A stretch of 64,000 bases of DNA from Pholidichthys leucotaenia (lineage: Eukaryota). The notes under the pieces were generated by a model. That model was not told the DNA's origin and did no database searches. It was given only the letters and a program-made list of their open reading frames with translations. The stretch lies in contig CM035843.1 in assembly GCA_020510985.1 (NCBI GenBank), forward strand, positions 157,059,922 through 157,123,921, read 5' to 3'. This document shows, piece after piece, positions 11,180-22,824 of this stretch. The translations under genes and the position numbers were made by a program. Numbering within the stretch: the first letter of the stretch is position 1; each line of letters starts with the position of its first letter.

Positions 11180-11700
11180 CTTGATGACGACTTTCTTCAC
11201 TGTGTTCCATGGTATATTTAATGCCTTGGAAATTCTTTTGTAGCCTTCTCCTGACTGATACCTTTGAACAATGAGATCCCTCTGATGTTCTGGAAGCTCT
11301 CTGTGGACCATGGCTTGTGCTATAAGATGTGACTACAAAAAATGTCAGGAAAAGCCTACTAGAACAGCTGCATTTTATTTGGGGTTAATCAGAGGCACTT
11401 TAAATGGTGGCAAGTGTGTGCTGACTCCCATTTAACATGAATTTGAATGTGACTGGTTAATTCTGAACACAGCCACATCCCCAGTTATGAGGGTGTGCAT
11501 ATTTATGCAACCAGGTTATTGTAAGTTTTTTGTTTTCACCCTTAAAAGATTTCAGTTTGTTTTTCAATTGGGTTGTACAGTTTATAGGTCACATTAATAG
11601 GGGGAAAAGTTTTGAAATGATTTATCTTGGTCTCATTTTTTACATCACAAAAACCTGGCATTTGAACTGGAGTGTGTAGACTTTTTATATCCACTGTATA
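11180..11700. mobile_element. Degenerate Tc1/mariner-like remnant, non-coding.
   Basis: AT-rich sequence resembling Tc1-like terminal regions, with no ORF. Confidence 0.2.
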
Positions 11701-12140
11701 TACACAGTGCAGGAGCACTGCAGCTAGATGGTATCAACAGCATTACAGTTAGTTAAACTACCCAGCAGAATATAAATATGGACTCAGACAGTATATTTCA
11801 CATTTGAATGAACAGTGTTGTATTTGTTGTACAAATTTGTACTGAATTTATATTTATACATTTAGTTATATTTACAGGCTACATATTGTGACATTGTGAG
11901 GGTTCACACAAGAAAGAAGAGATGACTGTGGCGAACAGGCTTTATTTATACACACACTCAACACAGAACAGAGGGGAGGTCATTCACACAGACCCCTGTC
12001 TCACTTATGGTGACACAAACACATGATCAATCACTGCTGAATTGGACGCATGCGCACGCAGCGACCGGCAGCGGGTGAAAAAAGTTTGACGTCTGTGTCT
12101 CTGTTTTCATGCACTTTAATGTGTTTTAACAGAATTCTCT

Positions 12141-12935
12141 GTGCCATTTTTGTCTTTGAATGTTTATGGACTATATAACGAAGAGCTCCCTGGTTCCATC
12201 AGTATGGATTTCCTTCTTGTTTTTGCACTGTCGTTTCTTTCTTACCGACTCTTTGTCTCGGAGGTAAGCACGATCGCAATCATGCCGGGAAGAACGCAGT
12301 ATTCCAGAAAAATGTTACTGCATTTAAACATGGAAAATGCAGCATCTGTGTTTGAGTCTGTGCCGCAACTGCCGGACTTTATTTTAAGAGATTTTCATGG
12401 ACACAGTGATGAAAAGAGAGACAAGAAGAGGAAATGCGGAAGATTAAACCTGAGGAGGCGTCAGCTTAACCACATTCCTCTTCCTTCCATTATTATGGGG
12501 AACGTACAATCCCTGAGAAATAAAGTGGATGAAATTCAAGGAAATGTACGATATCAGAAGGATTTCAAGAACTGCTGTGTCATGGCTTACACGGAGACGT
12601 GGCTTACGGCACATGACCAGGATGCAGACCTGTGGATTGACGGCTTTGGAGCCCCACTTTGCTCGGATCGGCAGGAAGAGGTAACGGGGAAATGTCAGGG
12701 GGACGGCGTATGCTTGTATATTAATAAACAGTACTGTACATCTGTCACGGTCAGAGAGCGCACCTGTACACCAGATGTGGAGCTTCTGTCCGTGTCGACT
12801 ACACCCCTTTTATCTACCTCTCAAGTTCCTCCAACTTTTTATCTGCCCCGCAAGTTCCCACAACTTTTCATAACAACTGTGTACATTCACCTGAGGGCAG
12901 ATGCTGCCTCACCTCCAGCACCGTCTTTGATGTAG
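12141..12935 (+). CDS. Family-2 LINE ORF2 N-terminal region plus APE endonuclease.
   Basis: NVQSLRNKVDEIQ ... MAYTETWL endonuclease motifs. Confidence 0.7.
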   Translation: MPFLSLNVYGLYNEELPGSISMDFLLVFALSFLSYRLFVSEVSTIAIMPGRTQYSRKMLLHLNMENAASVFESVPQLPDFILRDFHGHSDEKRDKKRKCGRLNLRRRQLNHIPLPSIIMGNVQSLRNKVDEIQGNVRYQKDFKNCCVMAYTETWLTAHDQDADLWIDGFGAPLCSDRQEEVTGKCQGDGVCLYINKQYCTSVTVRERTCTPDVELLSVSTTPLLSTSQVPPTFYLPRKFPQLFITTVYIHLRADAASPPAPSLM

Positions 12936-13352
12936 TACAGCGGTTGCAGTCGATTTCCCCAGAGGCTCCAAATTTTATCATTGGGGATTTTAACCATGTG
13001 TCTTTAATGAAGACACTTAAAAACTTTTATCAGTATGTCTCCTGCCAAACCAGGCGAAAAAAAAACATTGGACCTGTGCTACGGCTCCATAGAGAGGGCC
13101 TTTAAATCTCTTCCCCTTCCTCCTTTAGGATCCTCAGATCACAACTGTGTACATTTGCTGCCCACATATAAAACTGCTCTCAGAAGAGGCAAGGCGAAGA
13201 CCAGAGACATAAACATGTGGACAGAGGATTCAGTGCACTGCCTCCAGAAATGCTTTAACTGTATGGACTAGGAGGTGTTCACGCTCACCTGCAGAGAAGA
13301 TTTGGACTCTTTAGTGGACGTGACATGCTCATACATGGCTTTCTGAAGAGAC

Positions 13353-14429
13353 ATGATCGTTCCACGTAAACGTGTCAAAATATATCCCAACAACAAGCCA
13401 TTGGTTACAAAATCAGTTAAATCCTGCTTACAGAGGAAAGCACCTGCCTTTAAACAGGGGGTTGTTTCTGAGCTACAGGTAGCCACAAAAGAGCTGAAGG
13501 CCGAAATTTTAAGAGCAAAACAGAATTATAAATCAGAGTTGGAAAGCAAGATGGCAACGAAGAAGCTTGGTTCAGCCTGGGCCAGTATGAAAACTATTGC
13601 AGACCTTCAGAGCACAGAGCACAGTAATTGTATGTTTTTAGATGGTTTTAGTTCAGACACAGAGCTGGCTAATGCTCTTAATTGTTTTTATGGTCATTTT
13701 GATTCATTTGATTTTAGCACAGAATCCCAAGATTTGAAACAGAAACTCAAAGACAATCAGCACTTTAATATTGAGGTGCAGGATGTTAAAAGGGCATTCT
13801 GTGCTGTAAGAGTGAACAAAAGTCAGGGCCCTGATAATATATGTGGGCGCTTGGTAAAGTCCTGTGCACATGAACTGAGTCCTGTGTTTCACTATATTTT
13901 CAATAAGTCCTTACAGACACGACATGTGCCTAAGATCTGGAAAGATGCTGTGGTTGTCTCTGTTCCAAAATCCAGCTGTCCTAAAATGGTCAATGATTTT
14001 AGACCAGTTGCTTTGACCTCAATTTTAATGAAAATTTTTGAAAAACTGGTCAGATTTGAGGTCCTAGAGCAGACTGAGCATGCATTGGATCCTCTGCAGT
14101 TTGCCTATAGGCCTCACAGAGGAGTGGAGGACGCCACTGTCACTCTGTTTAACATGCTTTTTAAACATCTGGATTTTAATGGGACACACGCCAGGCTTTT
14201 ATTTGTGGACTTTTCTTCCGCTTTTAATACAGTCCAACCTCATATTTTAGTTGAAAGGCTCCTGCAACAATTTGATTTGAGTAATAATCTGGTGGGTTGG
14301 ATTCTGGATTTTTTAACCAACAGGACACAGAGAGTAAGGGTCAATGGTACATTGTCTGACCAAAAGTGTTCTTCTACTGGCTCTCCTCAGGGGTGTGTGT
14401 TGTCACCACTACTCTTCATCCTGTACATA
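13353..14429 (+). CDS. Family-2 LINE reverse transcriptase, N-terminal two thirds.
   Basis: [30 protein letters not shown] and [13 protein letters not shown] motifs. The ORF runs on into the Tc1 TIR. Confidence 0.8.
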
Positions 14430-14721
14430 CAGTGGGGTAAAAAAGTATTTAGTCAGCCACCAATTGTGCAAGTTCTCCCACTTAAAAGATGAGAGAGGTC
14501 TCCAATTTTCATCATTGGTATACCTCAACTATGAGAGACAAAATAAGAAAAAAAAATCCAGAAAATCACATTGAAGGATTTTTAATTAATTAATTGAATG
14601 GTAAATTCCTCGGTAAAATAAGTATTTGGTCAATAACAAAAGTTCATCTCAATACTTTGTTATATACCCTTTGTTGGCAATGACAGAGGTCAAACGTTTT
14701 CTGTAAGTTTTCACAAGGTTT

Positions 14722-15225
14722 TCACACACTGTTGCTAGTATTTTGGCCCATTCCTCCATGCAGATCAGTGATGTTTTGGGGCTGTCGCTGGGCAACACAG
14801 ACTTTCAACTCCCTCCAAAGATTTTCTATGGGGTTGAGATCTAGAGACTGGCTAGGCCACTCCAGGACCTTGAAATGCTTCTTACGAAGCCACTCCTTCG
14901 TTGCCTGGGCAGTGTGTTTGGGATCATTGTCATGTTGAAAGACCCAGCCACGTTTCATCTTTAATGCCCTTGCTGGTGGAAGGAGGTTTTCACTCAAAAT
15001 CTCACGATACATGGCCCCATTCATTCTTTCCTTTACACAGATCAGTCGTCCTGGTCCCTTTGCAGAAAAACAGCCCCAAAGTATGATGTTTCCACCCCCA
15101 TGCTTCACAGTAGGTATGGTGTTCTTTCTCCTCCAAACACGACAAGTTGAGTTGTTACCAAAAAGTTCTATTTTGGTTTCATCTGACCATATGACATTCT
15201 CCCAATCCTCTTCTGGATCATCCAA
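14722..15225 (-). CDS. Tc1 transposase DDE catalytic domain (C-terminal part).
   Basis: [11 protein letters not shown] ... HDNDPKHT ... [10 protein letters not shown] (D, D, E spacing). Confidence 0.85.
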   Translation of the reverse strand: MDDPEEDWENVIWSDETKIELFGNNSTCRVWRRKNTIPTVKHGGGNIILWGCFSAKGPGRLICVKERMNGAMYREILSENLLPPARALKMKRGWVFQHDNDPKHTAQATKEWLRKKHFKVLEWPSQSLDLNPIENLWRELKVCVAQRQPQNITDLHGGMGQNTSNSV

Positions 15226-15242
15226 ATGCTCTCTAGCAAACT

Positions 15243-15638
15243 TCAGACGGGCCTGGACATGTACTGGCTTAAGCAGGGGGACACGTCTGGCACTGCACGA
15301 TTTGAGTCCCTGGCGGCGTAGTGTGTTTCTGATGTAGCCTTTGTTACTTTGGTCCCAGCTCTCTGCAGGTCATTCACTAGGTCCCCCCATGTGGTTCTGG
15401 GATTTTTTCTCACCGTTCTCGAGATAATTTTGACCCCACGGGGTGAGATCTTGCGTGGAGCCCCAGATCGAGGGAGATTGTCAGTGGTCTTGTATGTCTT
15501 CCATTTTCTAATAATTGCTCCCACAGTTGATTTCTTCACACCAATCTGCTTACCTATTGCAGATTCAGTCTTCCCAGCCTGGTGCAGGTCTACAATTTTG
15601 TTTCTGGTGTCCTTTGACAGCTCTTTGGTCTTGGCCAT
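15243..15638 (-). CDS. Tc1 transposase N-terminal paired-like HTH DNA-binding domain.
   Basis: [19 protein letters not shown] ... [11 protein letters not shown]. It is separated from the DDE ORF by one stop or frameshift. Confidence 0.8.
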   Translation of the reverse strand: MAKTKELSKDTRNKIVDLHQAGKTESAIGKQIGVKKSTVGAIIRKWKTYKTTDNLPRSGAPRKISPRGVKIISRTVRKNPRTTWGDLVNDLQRAGTKVTKATSETHYAARDSNRAVPDVSPCLSQYMSRPV

Positions 15639-16008
15639 AGTGGAGTTTGGAGTCTGACTGTTTGAGGTTGTGGACAGGTGTCTTTTATACTGATAACGAG
15701 TTCAAACAGGTGCCATTAATACAGGTAACGAGTGGAGGACAGAGGAGCCTCTTAAAGAAGAAGTTACAGGTCTGTGAGAGCCAGAAATCTTGCTTGTTTG
15801 AAGGTGACCAAATACTTATTTTACTGAGGAATTTACCAATTAATTCATTAAAAATCCTTCAATGTGATTTTCTGGACTTTTTTTTCTCATTTTGTCTCTC
15901 ATAGTTGAGGTATACATATGATGAAAATTGGAGACCTCTCTCATCTTTTAAGTGGGGGAACTTGCACAATTGGTGGCAGACTAAATACTTTTTTGCCCCA
16001 CTGTAAAC

Positions 16009-16725
16009 ATGTGTCGGAGCAGACATGACAACAGACACATTATAAAGTATGCTGATGATTCAGTTGTTGTCAGTCTCCTCCAGGATGGTGAGAGTAGCCA
16101 CGGCCCAGTAGTTGATGATTTTGTTCACTGGTGTGAGGATTCCTACCTGCAGCTGAATACGACAAAAACTAAAGATATGATTATTGACTTTAGGAGGAAA
16201 ACTCCCAGGCACAAAGTCACTGTACTAAAAGGTCAGACCACTGAATGTGTGCAATCCTTCAAATATCTCAGGACGATTATTGATAGTCATTTAAACTTTG
16301 AAGAGAACTGTGAAAGGGTGTGCAAAAAGGGTCAGCAACATTTGCATTGTTTAAGGAAACTTGCACGCTTCCAAATTGACTGAACCATAATGACAATGTT
16401 TTATCAGGCTTTTATTGAATCTGTTTTATCCTTTTCTTTAGTGTCATGGTTTGGTCAGACAAAACTGAAACAGAGGAAATCCTTGGATCAGGTAGTTAGA
16501 TGGTCCAGTCGTTTGCTTGGTGAGTCACAGCTGAGCCTGACATCCCTGTACACCAGACAGGTACAGAGGATTGCTACCTCCATTTTAAAAGATGACTCCC
16601 ACCCTTTGCACTGCCACTTTCAGCTTCTTCCCTCCAGACGGAGGTTTGCTGTCCCAAAATGTAAAACCCAGCGCTACAAAAACAGCTTTGTTCCTGCTGC
16701 TGTTAAAGAGTTTAACAAGATGTAA
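16009..16725 (+). pseudogene. Family-2 LINE RT C-terminal region in two ORFs.
   Basis: IIKYADDSVVV ... LQLNTTKTK, and the C-terminal conserved region shared with ORFs at 40325..40687 and 34183..35547. Confidence 0.75.
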
Positions 16726-17104
16726 CAATATATTGCACATAATTTAGTTACCTATTTATTAATTTTATTTTATATTTACTTATTTTTGTAGTTTTTTTAT
16801 TTGGGTTCTAAATCTTTTATTGGGTTTTAGACTTTTGAGTTTAGCCTCTTTGATTAGTCTTTAACTTTTTAATATGACCCTTCTCTCTTATCTCTTTGTT
16901 TTTTCTCTTATCTCTTTGTCCTATGTCCTTATTGGTGGAGCCTTGAGTACTTTTATCATGTTTATAGTCAGCTTCATGCGTGCCTGTGTTTGTGTTCATG
17001 TTGAATGTAATTGTGAATGTAACTGTGGTTTGTAAATATGGATGTCACCTGACTGCAAAACAAATCTACCTACGGGTACAAATAAAGTAACCTGAACCTG
17101 AACC
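16726..17104 (+). repeat. Family-2 LINE 3' UTR and tail. Its last ~45 bp are shared with the SINE at 61674..61983.
   Basis: GACTGCAAAACAAATCTACCTACGGGTACAAATAAAGTAAC compared with the SINE 3' end GACTGCAAACCAAATCTACCTACGGGTACAAATAAGTAAC. Confidence 0.8.
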
Positions 17105-17720
17105 TGCTCTACTGGTCTTATAACACTGTTGTGTCATTATAATGTGGTTATAATGATACAGCAATAACACTTAGAACACGCGAATAATACTCTTTGAATC
17201 CTCCGTGGCGCAAGCATGCCGGGAGAATCCCCGCCCCCTTAACACAGCCCCAACGCTACACTGTCCCCCCCGGACTGGTTTCTGTCTCCAGAATAATAAC
17301 GTCCAGCTCAAAAGTCCAACACGAATCCGTCCAGGTGTCGGGGCGGCCGCCGTTGTCGGTGACCAGTATGTACAGGCCCACTAGTGTCCGTCTGCGCCTC
17401 GGCCGGAGTATCTTGTCGGGATGAAGGCCCCGGCTCGACCACCCGTGGGGCAGATGGCTGATACTGGGCGAGACGGTCACGGTGGAGTACCACGACCCAG
17501 TCTCTTTTCTGCAGCCTCACCCTGTACACTACATCCGACAGTTGCTGTATGACCTCGCAGAGTCCCGACCAATGGCTCGCCAGTTTTGGTGACAGTCCCC
17601 TCTTTCGCTCCGGGCAGAAAACCCAGACTCAATCTCCTGGTGCAAAGTCCCTCCTGGCAGCGGGAGTCATATGCCCGCTTCTGCCAGCTCCCCGCCGCCG
17701 CCAGGGCCTCCCGAGCCAGT

Positions 17721-18765
17721 TCATTCACCGTGTGAAGACGTTCTTTCAAACAAAACAAATAATCCAACCCCGGTTTGCCCTCCACCTCTGGCTCTGGGGG
17801 AAGGCGGGGCGGGGGGCAACACCAAATCCACCGGTGTGCGCAGCTCGCATCCAAACATCAGCACCGCAGGAGTGCACCGGGTGGATTCCTGTGCTGCCGT
17901 CTGGTACTCCCACAGAACAAAGGGCAGATGCAGGTCCCAGTCTCGCTGTCGCTGGTCCACTAGGACAGCGAGCTGGGTGGTAAGGGTCCGGTTGAACCGT
18001 TCGACCAGGCCATTGCTCTGTGGATGCAGTGGGGTGGTCCGGGTCTTCCCGATGCCCAGCCGCCTGCAGACCGCCCCAAAGACCTCTCCCTCAAAGTTCC
18101 ATCCCTGATCACTGTGCAGCTCCTCCGGTGCGCCAAACCGACAAAACATCTCATCCACCAGTTTTGATGCTGTGGTGGCGGCGCTCTGATCAGGGACCAC
18201 ATATGCCTCTGGCCATTTGGTGAAGTAATCCATTGTGACCAGCACGTAGTGGTTCCCCCAGTCCGTGGTCGGGAAAGGGCCCAGAATGTCCACTCCTACC
18301 CGCTCCATCAGTGCTCCCACCCGGTACTGCTGCAAGGGGGTGTGAGACTGCTGAGTCGGCCCTTTCTGAACTGTGCAGGTGTCGCAGCGATGGACATGGA
18401 GCTCTACGTCCTGGTGACATCCGGGCCAGTAGAACCGGGCCTGAAGATGCTGCATAGTCTTCGTCACCCCGAAGTGGCCTTCCCCCACTGCCCCGTGGAC
18501 CAGCTGGAGTACGTTGGGCCGGAGCAGCCAGGGAACCAGCAGCTGCCAGACGTGACGCTGCCCAGCTGGAGTCTGCCATTGCCGATACACAACACCCTCG
18601 TGACAGCGGAGATTGGCCCACTGGGAGTGTAGGGCCTTGGTCTCTGGGTCCAGGGCAGACACAGCCTCCCAGGCGGGCTGCTGACCCGCGTCCTGCCAAA
18701 CCCGGGAAATGACCGGATCTCTGTCCTGCTTACTCTGCAGCTGCTGTGCGCCGAGGGCCTCTGTG
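17721..18765 (-). CDS. G1 integrase (HHCC zinc finger plus DDE core).
   Basis: HFGVTKTMQHL...CDTCTVQK; DILGPFP...TDQGWNFEG. The frame continues upstream to 18765. Confidence 0.85.
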
Positions 18766-19907
18766 ATGTCATCGCTATTTATTTATTTAGCGAATGCAAA
18801 GTCCTCAAGCCAAGCAGTTGCCGCCTGGTTTGCTGTATGGAGAGAGTGTAATCCTCCTTCCAGTCTTTGGAGCGGGCAAGCCTCTATGATGTGTTCCATT
18901 GTTTGCTCCTCTCCACATGCGCACAGTGGGCAAGGGCTACTGCCCCATCTGTGAAGGCTGGCCAAGCAGGGGCCATGTCCAGTCCTGAAGCGACTGAGTG
19001 TAGACCACTGTCTCCTTGGGAGGTTGGTGCCTGGGACCTATTGGTTGGGGTTTGTCACCAGGTATTTGTTTGGGACCTCCTTGGTCTCCCATTCCTCTTG
19101 CCAAGCTGTCTGGATGGCGAAGTCAGCTGGGGGAAGGTTTTTCCAAATCGGCTGTCTGGATGGAAGTCAGGCAGTGGGTGGGGTGTAGATATCTGCATAG
19201 ATTGGTAAGTGAGGAGAATCTTTGGCTTTTTGAAGCATCCTTTGAGTTAGTGCTGCTCGCCGGATGTGTGGGGGGGCTATGTTTGACAGTACAGGGAGCC
19301 AGGGGAGTGGTGTTGAGCGGATTGTCCCAGTTATGGTTCTCATGGTTGTGTTGAGCTGGGTGTCTACGTGGTGTGTGTAGGATGACCTGGACCAGACAGG
19401 GGCACAATATTCTGCTACAGAGTATGAAAGGGCCAGTGCTGAGGTGCGCAGGGTGGAGGCTGCCGCCCCCCATTTTGCACCAGCGAGCTTACAGAGCAGG
19501 TTGTTTCGTGCCTTCACCTTAGCAGCTGTCCCCTTTAAATGTTCCTTGAAGGATAGGGTCCTGTCAAGGGTCACTCCAAGGTAGGTTGGATTCGAGGCAT
19601 GCTTAAGCTTAAGTCCGCTCAGGTGGATGTTTAGTTCTCTGGCAGCTTTTACATTGTGGAGATGGAATACACTGGAGACGGTTTTTGCTGGGCTTGGTTT
19701 TAGGTGCCAGGTTTTGCAGAACTGGTCCAGTTTGGCAAGATCTTCCATGAGCACCCGTTCCAGTGGCTCAAAGTCTGGTGCTTGGACTGCCAAACAGATG
19801 TCATCGCTGGGGAGAGCTGACTGATTATCCGAGGAGGAGCTGTGCGCCGCTGTGTTATTCCTGCTCACAGCGGTCCGTCAAGCAGCAGCCTGTGGGACGG
19901 CTTGGTC
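18766..19907 (-). mobile_element. 5'-truncated Jockey/I-group non-LTR retrotransposon fragment (RT C-terminus, CCHC-like tail motif, (TAAA)n tail), inserted between the RNase H and integrase of G1.
   Basis: ORF 19167..19868 (YLGVTLDRTLSFKEHL ... SNIAPPHIRR). ORF 18783..18965 (CPLCACGEEQTMEHIIEACPL). A TAAATAAATAAATAGC tail lies at 18766..18785. Confidence 0.55.
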
Positions 19908-20609
19908 TCAATCCTCTGCCCGCTGGCAGTGCCGACAGTCCTCCACAGCACAGGGATGCCGAGACAGTGCGTCAGCATTGACATAGAGGCGGTCTGCCCG
20001 ATGTACGATCAGAAAATCACAATCTTGAAGTGCCTCCAGCCATCTCGCCAACTGTCCATCCGGCTCTTTAAAGTTCAGCAGCCAGGTCAGGGAAGCATGA
20101 TCCGTCATGAGCTGGAACCTCCCCCCGTTCACATACGGGCAAAAATGGCAAAGCCCCTGGATGACAGGCAACAGCTGTCTGCGAGTAACACAATAATTCC
20201 TTTCAACTCTGCTGAGAGTGCGGCTGAAAAAAGCAACTGCCTGCTCTCCGTGTTCTCCCTCCTGGGATAACACCGCCCCGATGCCCTGGTTGCTGGCGTC
20301 CGTGTCCATGATGAAAGGGTGGTTCGGGTCAGGATACTGCAAGATGGAGGCTCCGATGAGCACTGAGCGAAGCCGGGAAAAAGCAGCAGCACATCTCTCA
20401 CTCCACTGAAATGCACGGCCCTTCTGTGACAGCTGATGCAGCGGGCTGGCGATGGTGGCGAAGTCTTTCACAAATCTCCTATAATAGGAGGCCAATCCAA
20501 GAAAACTCCATAGCCCTCCCACATCCCGCGGCACTGGCCAGTTTTTCACCTTTGCCACTTTCTCTGGATTGGTGGCGACTCCCGCTGCGCTGACGATGTG
20601 GCCCAGGAA
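19908..20609 (-). CDS. G1 RT C-terminal region and RNase H.
   Basis: FLGHIVS, DTDASNQGIGAVL, TDHASLTWL and ADALSR motifs. Confidence 0.8.
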   Translation of the reverse strand, partial: FLGHIVSAAGVATNPEKVAKVKNWPVPRDVGGLWSFLGLASYYRRFVKDFATIASPLHQLSQKGRAFQWSERCAAAFSRLRSVLIGASILQYPDPNHPFIMDTDASNQGIGAVLSQEGEHGEQAVAFFSRTLSRVERNYCVTRRQLLPVIQGLCHFCPYVNGGRFQLMTDHASLTWLLNFKEPDGQLARWLEALQDCDFLIVHRADRLYVNADALSRHPCAVEDCRHCQRAED

Positions 20610-21621
20610 TAGGGATGTGATTTTTCCGCTAATTCGCGGAATTCCGCTTTTTTTGTCTTCCAAAAATTTTCAGACCAGATGGCGGCGCATGCACAACGCG
20701 AGGCTCAGCGTCTCTTCAGATTTTGTGGATTAGCAGCAATATTTCTGCTCATTTCGGGTCTGTTTGTTCAGAACAGCTTCACTTTTACATCCTACACCCG
20801 AACAAAATAACGACCTTTTTATCAGCAACCTACATTTCATCCCTGAGCTCTGGAGAACACCCGACGCTAGGTAAGCTACCCGGCCGACCGGAAGTGCTCG
20901 CAGGCGGCATAGAGACCGTAAACAAAGGAGGGGGAAGCGCGGAGGGCTAAGAGCTAAGCTAAAGCTAACACCGCACCGGCTTTCTCTACCCAGCATTTTC
21001 CTCGCTAATGTACGGTCAGTGGCGAACAGAATGGATGAGCTGTTCGGATCACCAACAATAAGAAACTTATGAACTGCAATATCATGATTTTCACCGAAAC
21101 ATGGCTACATAGTGAAGTACTTGACGGTGCTGTCGAGCTGGCCGGACGGCACACTCTCCGGGCAGACGGAGCAGCTGATGACTCCGGAAAGACGTGGGGG
21201 ACTGTGCATTTATATTAACAAGGCTTGGTGCACGAACTCTGTCACTGTTGGGAGACACTGCTCAGCTAACCTGAAGTTTCTCATGGTTAAATGTAGACCT
21301 TTCTAGCTGCCACAGGAGTTCACTTTTCACTTTTCTTCATCTTGCCTGCTGAAGATGTTTTGGACTTTATTTAAAAAATATTTTTAACGCCACACATGTG
21401 ATGGATAATGCTTGTTGGAATATTTTTTAGGAATGCTATCTTCTTGGAACATAAGTCAATATTATACAGTAATAAGTGACATTCAGCTGTCTGTTTTATG
21501 TCATTTAAGCACAGTTCTGGTACTTAAAAATCATAAAAACCCAGAAGCTTCGGGGGGCTTTGCCCCCAGACCCCCCTGCTAAATTTTCAGATAATTTCCC
21601 CAACCCCAAATCACATCCCTA
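20610..21621. mobile_element. TIR-bounded insertion with perfect 14-bp TIRs (TAGGGATGTGATTT) and a 6-bp TSD (CAGGAA). Its interior contains a 5' fragment of an L2-like LINE.
   Basis: TAGGGATGTGATTT at 20610..20623 and its reverse complement AAATCACATCCCTA at 21608..21621. CAGGAA at 20604..20609 and 21622..21627. The G1 RT frame (TTFL|GHIVS) is restored once the insert and one TSD copy are removed. Confidence 0.55.
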
Positions 21622-22588
21622 CAGGAAGGTGGTCTCCCGCCAGAATAAGTGGCATTTCTGCGGGTGTAGCCTCAGCCCGGCCTGTCAGATGGCATCCAAT
21701 ACCTCCCGGAGGTTGGACAGGGCGCCATTGAAGTCAGCTGTGTGAACCGGCAGGTCATCCAGGTAAACAATGCAGCGGCTCTGGGGCACTTGAGCCAACA
21801 CTCATTCCATCAGATGTTCAAAGGTGGCCGGGGCGTTGCAAAGTCCAAACAGCATCACCTTGAACTGATACAGTCCCTGCCCGATGGAGAAGGCTGTTTT
21901 CTGGCCGGCCTCAGGAGACAGTTCTACCTGCCAATAGCCGCTGCAGAGGTCCAGCGAGCTGAACCAGCTGGAGTCGGTGATGAAATTCAGCATGTCATTG
22001 ATGCGGGGCAGGGTAGGGATCCTTGTGGGTGACGTCATTCAGGCACCGGTAATCCACACAGAACCGCCATGAACTGTCCTTCTTCCTAACCAGAACCACC
22101 GGCACTGCCCAGGGGCTGCTGGAGGGTTCAATAACATCTGCCTTCAGCATTACCCGTATTTTTTGTTCTGCCGTCACCCTCCTTGAAAAAGGCAGACGGC
22201 GGGGGCGGAGCCGGATTGGCCTGGTCTCACCGGTGTCGATCCCATGCTGCACCAAGGTGGTTCGGGTGCACTCCTCATCCTTGGCAGCGAAGACGTCAAT
22301 GTAGCAGTCCAACAGCTCCTGCAGCTGGCGTCTCTGTCCCGATTCCAGTCCGCTGCAGCTCTGCTGGAACAATTCTTTGACCACCTGGTGTGTTTCTGCT
22401 GACACATTGACCTGCTCCGCTGTGGCCATCCCTCTTGCTGTCTCTATCAGTGATTGTGCTCCCTCTGCTCGTGCTGGTGGTGCGATTGTGTTCAGTTCTT
22501 GCGGTGACCCACCCGGTTCGGTCCATCCTGGTGACCCCTCGATCACGCAGGCCCCCGGGTTCCTCCTCTGGGTTCTACTGAAGAGCAT
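21622..22588 (-). CDS. G1 reverse transcriptase (N-terminal and central parts, with frameshifts).
   Basis: WRFCVDYRCLNDVT, LDLCSGYWQV, FGLCNAPATF and YLDD motifs. Confidence 0.8.
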
Positions 22589-22824
22589 GATGGTCCGAGC
22601 CCCCAGCAGGAGGGACGACCTGGTGGTGGCAATTTTTGTGCCCTATGCTGTGAGCAGATCGAGTCCAATAATGCAGGGGTCTTTAATGTCAGCCAGCCAG
22701 AACGGGTGGTTTGTGTCTGGCCGGCCACCCCCACCACAAGAACTCTCCGCCCACCCAGTCTGGCACATTCACCGGTGGCTGTGGTGACACTATGCCCCGT
22801 GGGTTCCCACCCCTGTGGTTCTGC

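Larger units (their letters stand above)
14430..16004 (-). mobile_element. Tc1-like DNA transposon with TA target-site duplication.
   Basis: Termini CAGTGGGGTAAAAAAGTATTTAG ... CTAAATACTTTTTTGCCCCACTG. TA is at 14428..14429 and 16005..16006. The LINE RT frame (LYI|NMCRSRHD) is restored across the TSD. Confidence 0.9.
12038..17104 (+). mobile_element. CR1/L2-like LINE (family 2) inserted in the 3' LTR of G1. It has a (AACCTG)3 tail and a 4-bp TSD of about CTGC.
   Basis: The LTR sequence ATCAATCACTGC|CCTACTGG, contiguous at 24195..24215, is split here. The EN and RT ORFs are listed separately. Confidence 0.85.

Noticed and set aside
17549-18699. Plus-strand and alternative-frame ORFs overlapping the G1 integrase (17671..18108, 18190..18699 and others).
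   Set aside because: They are antisense or out-of-frame to a clearly motif-bearing integrase ORF. This is the usual artefact of GC-rich coding sequence.
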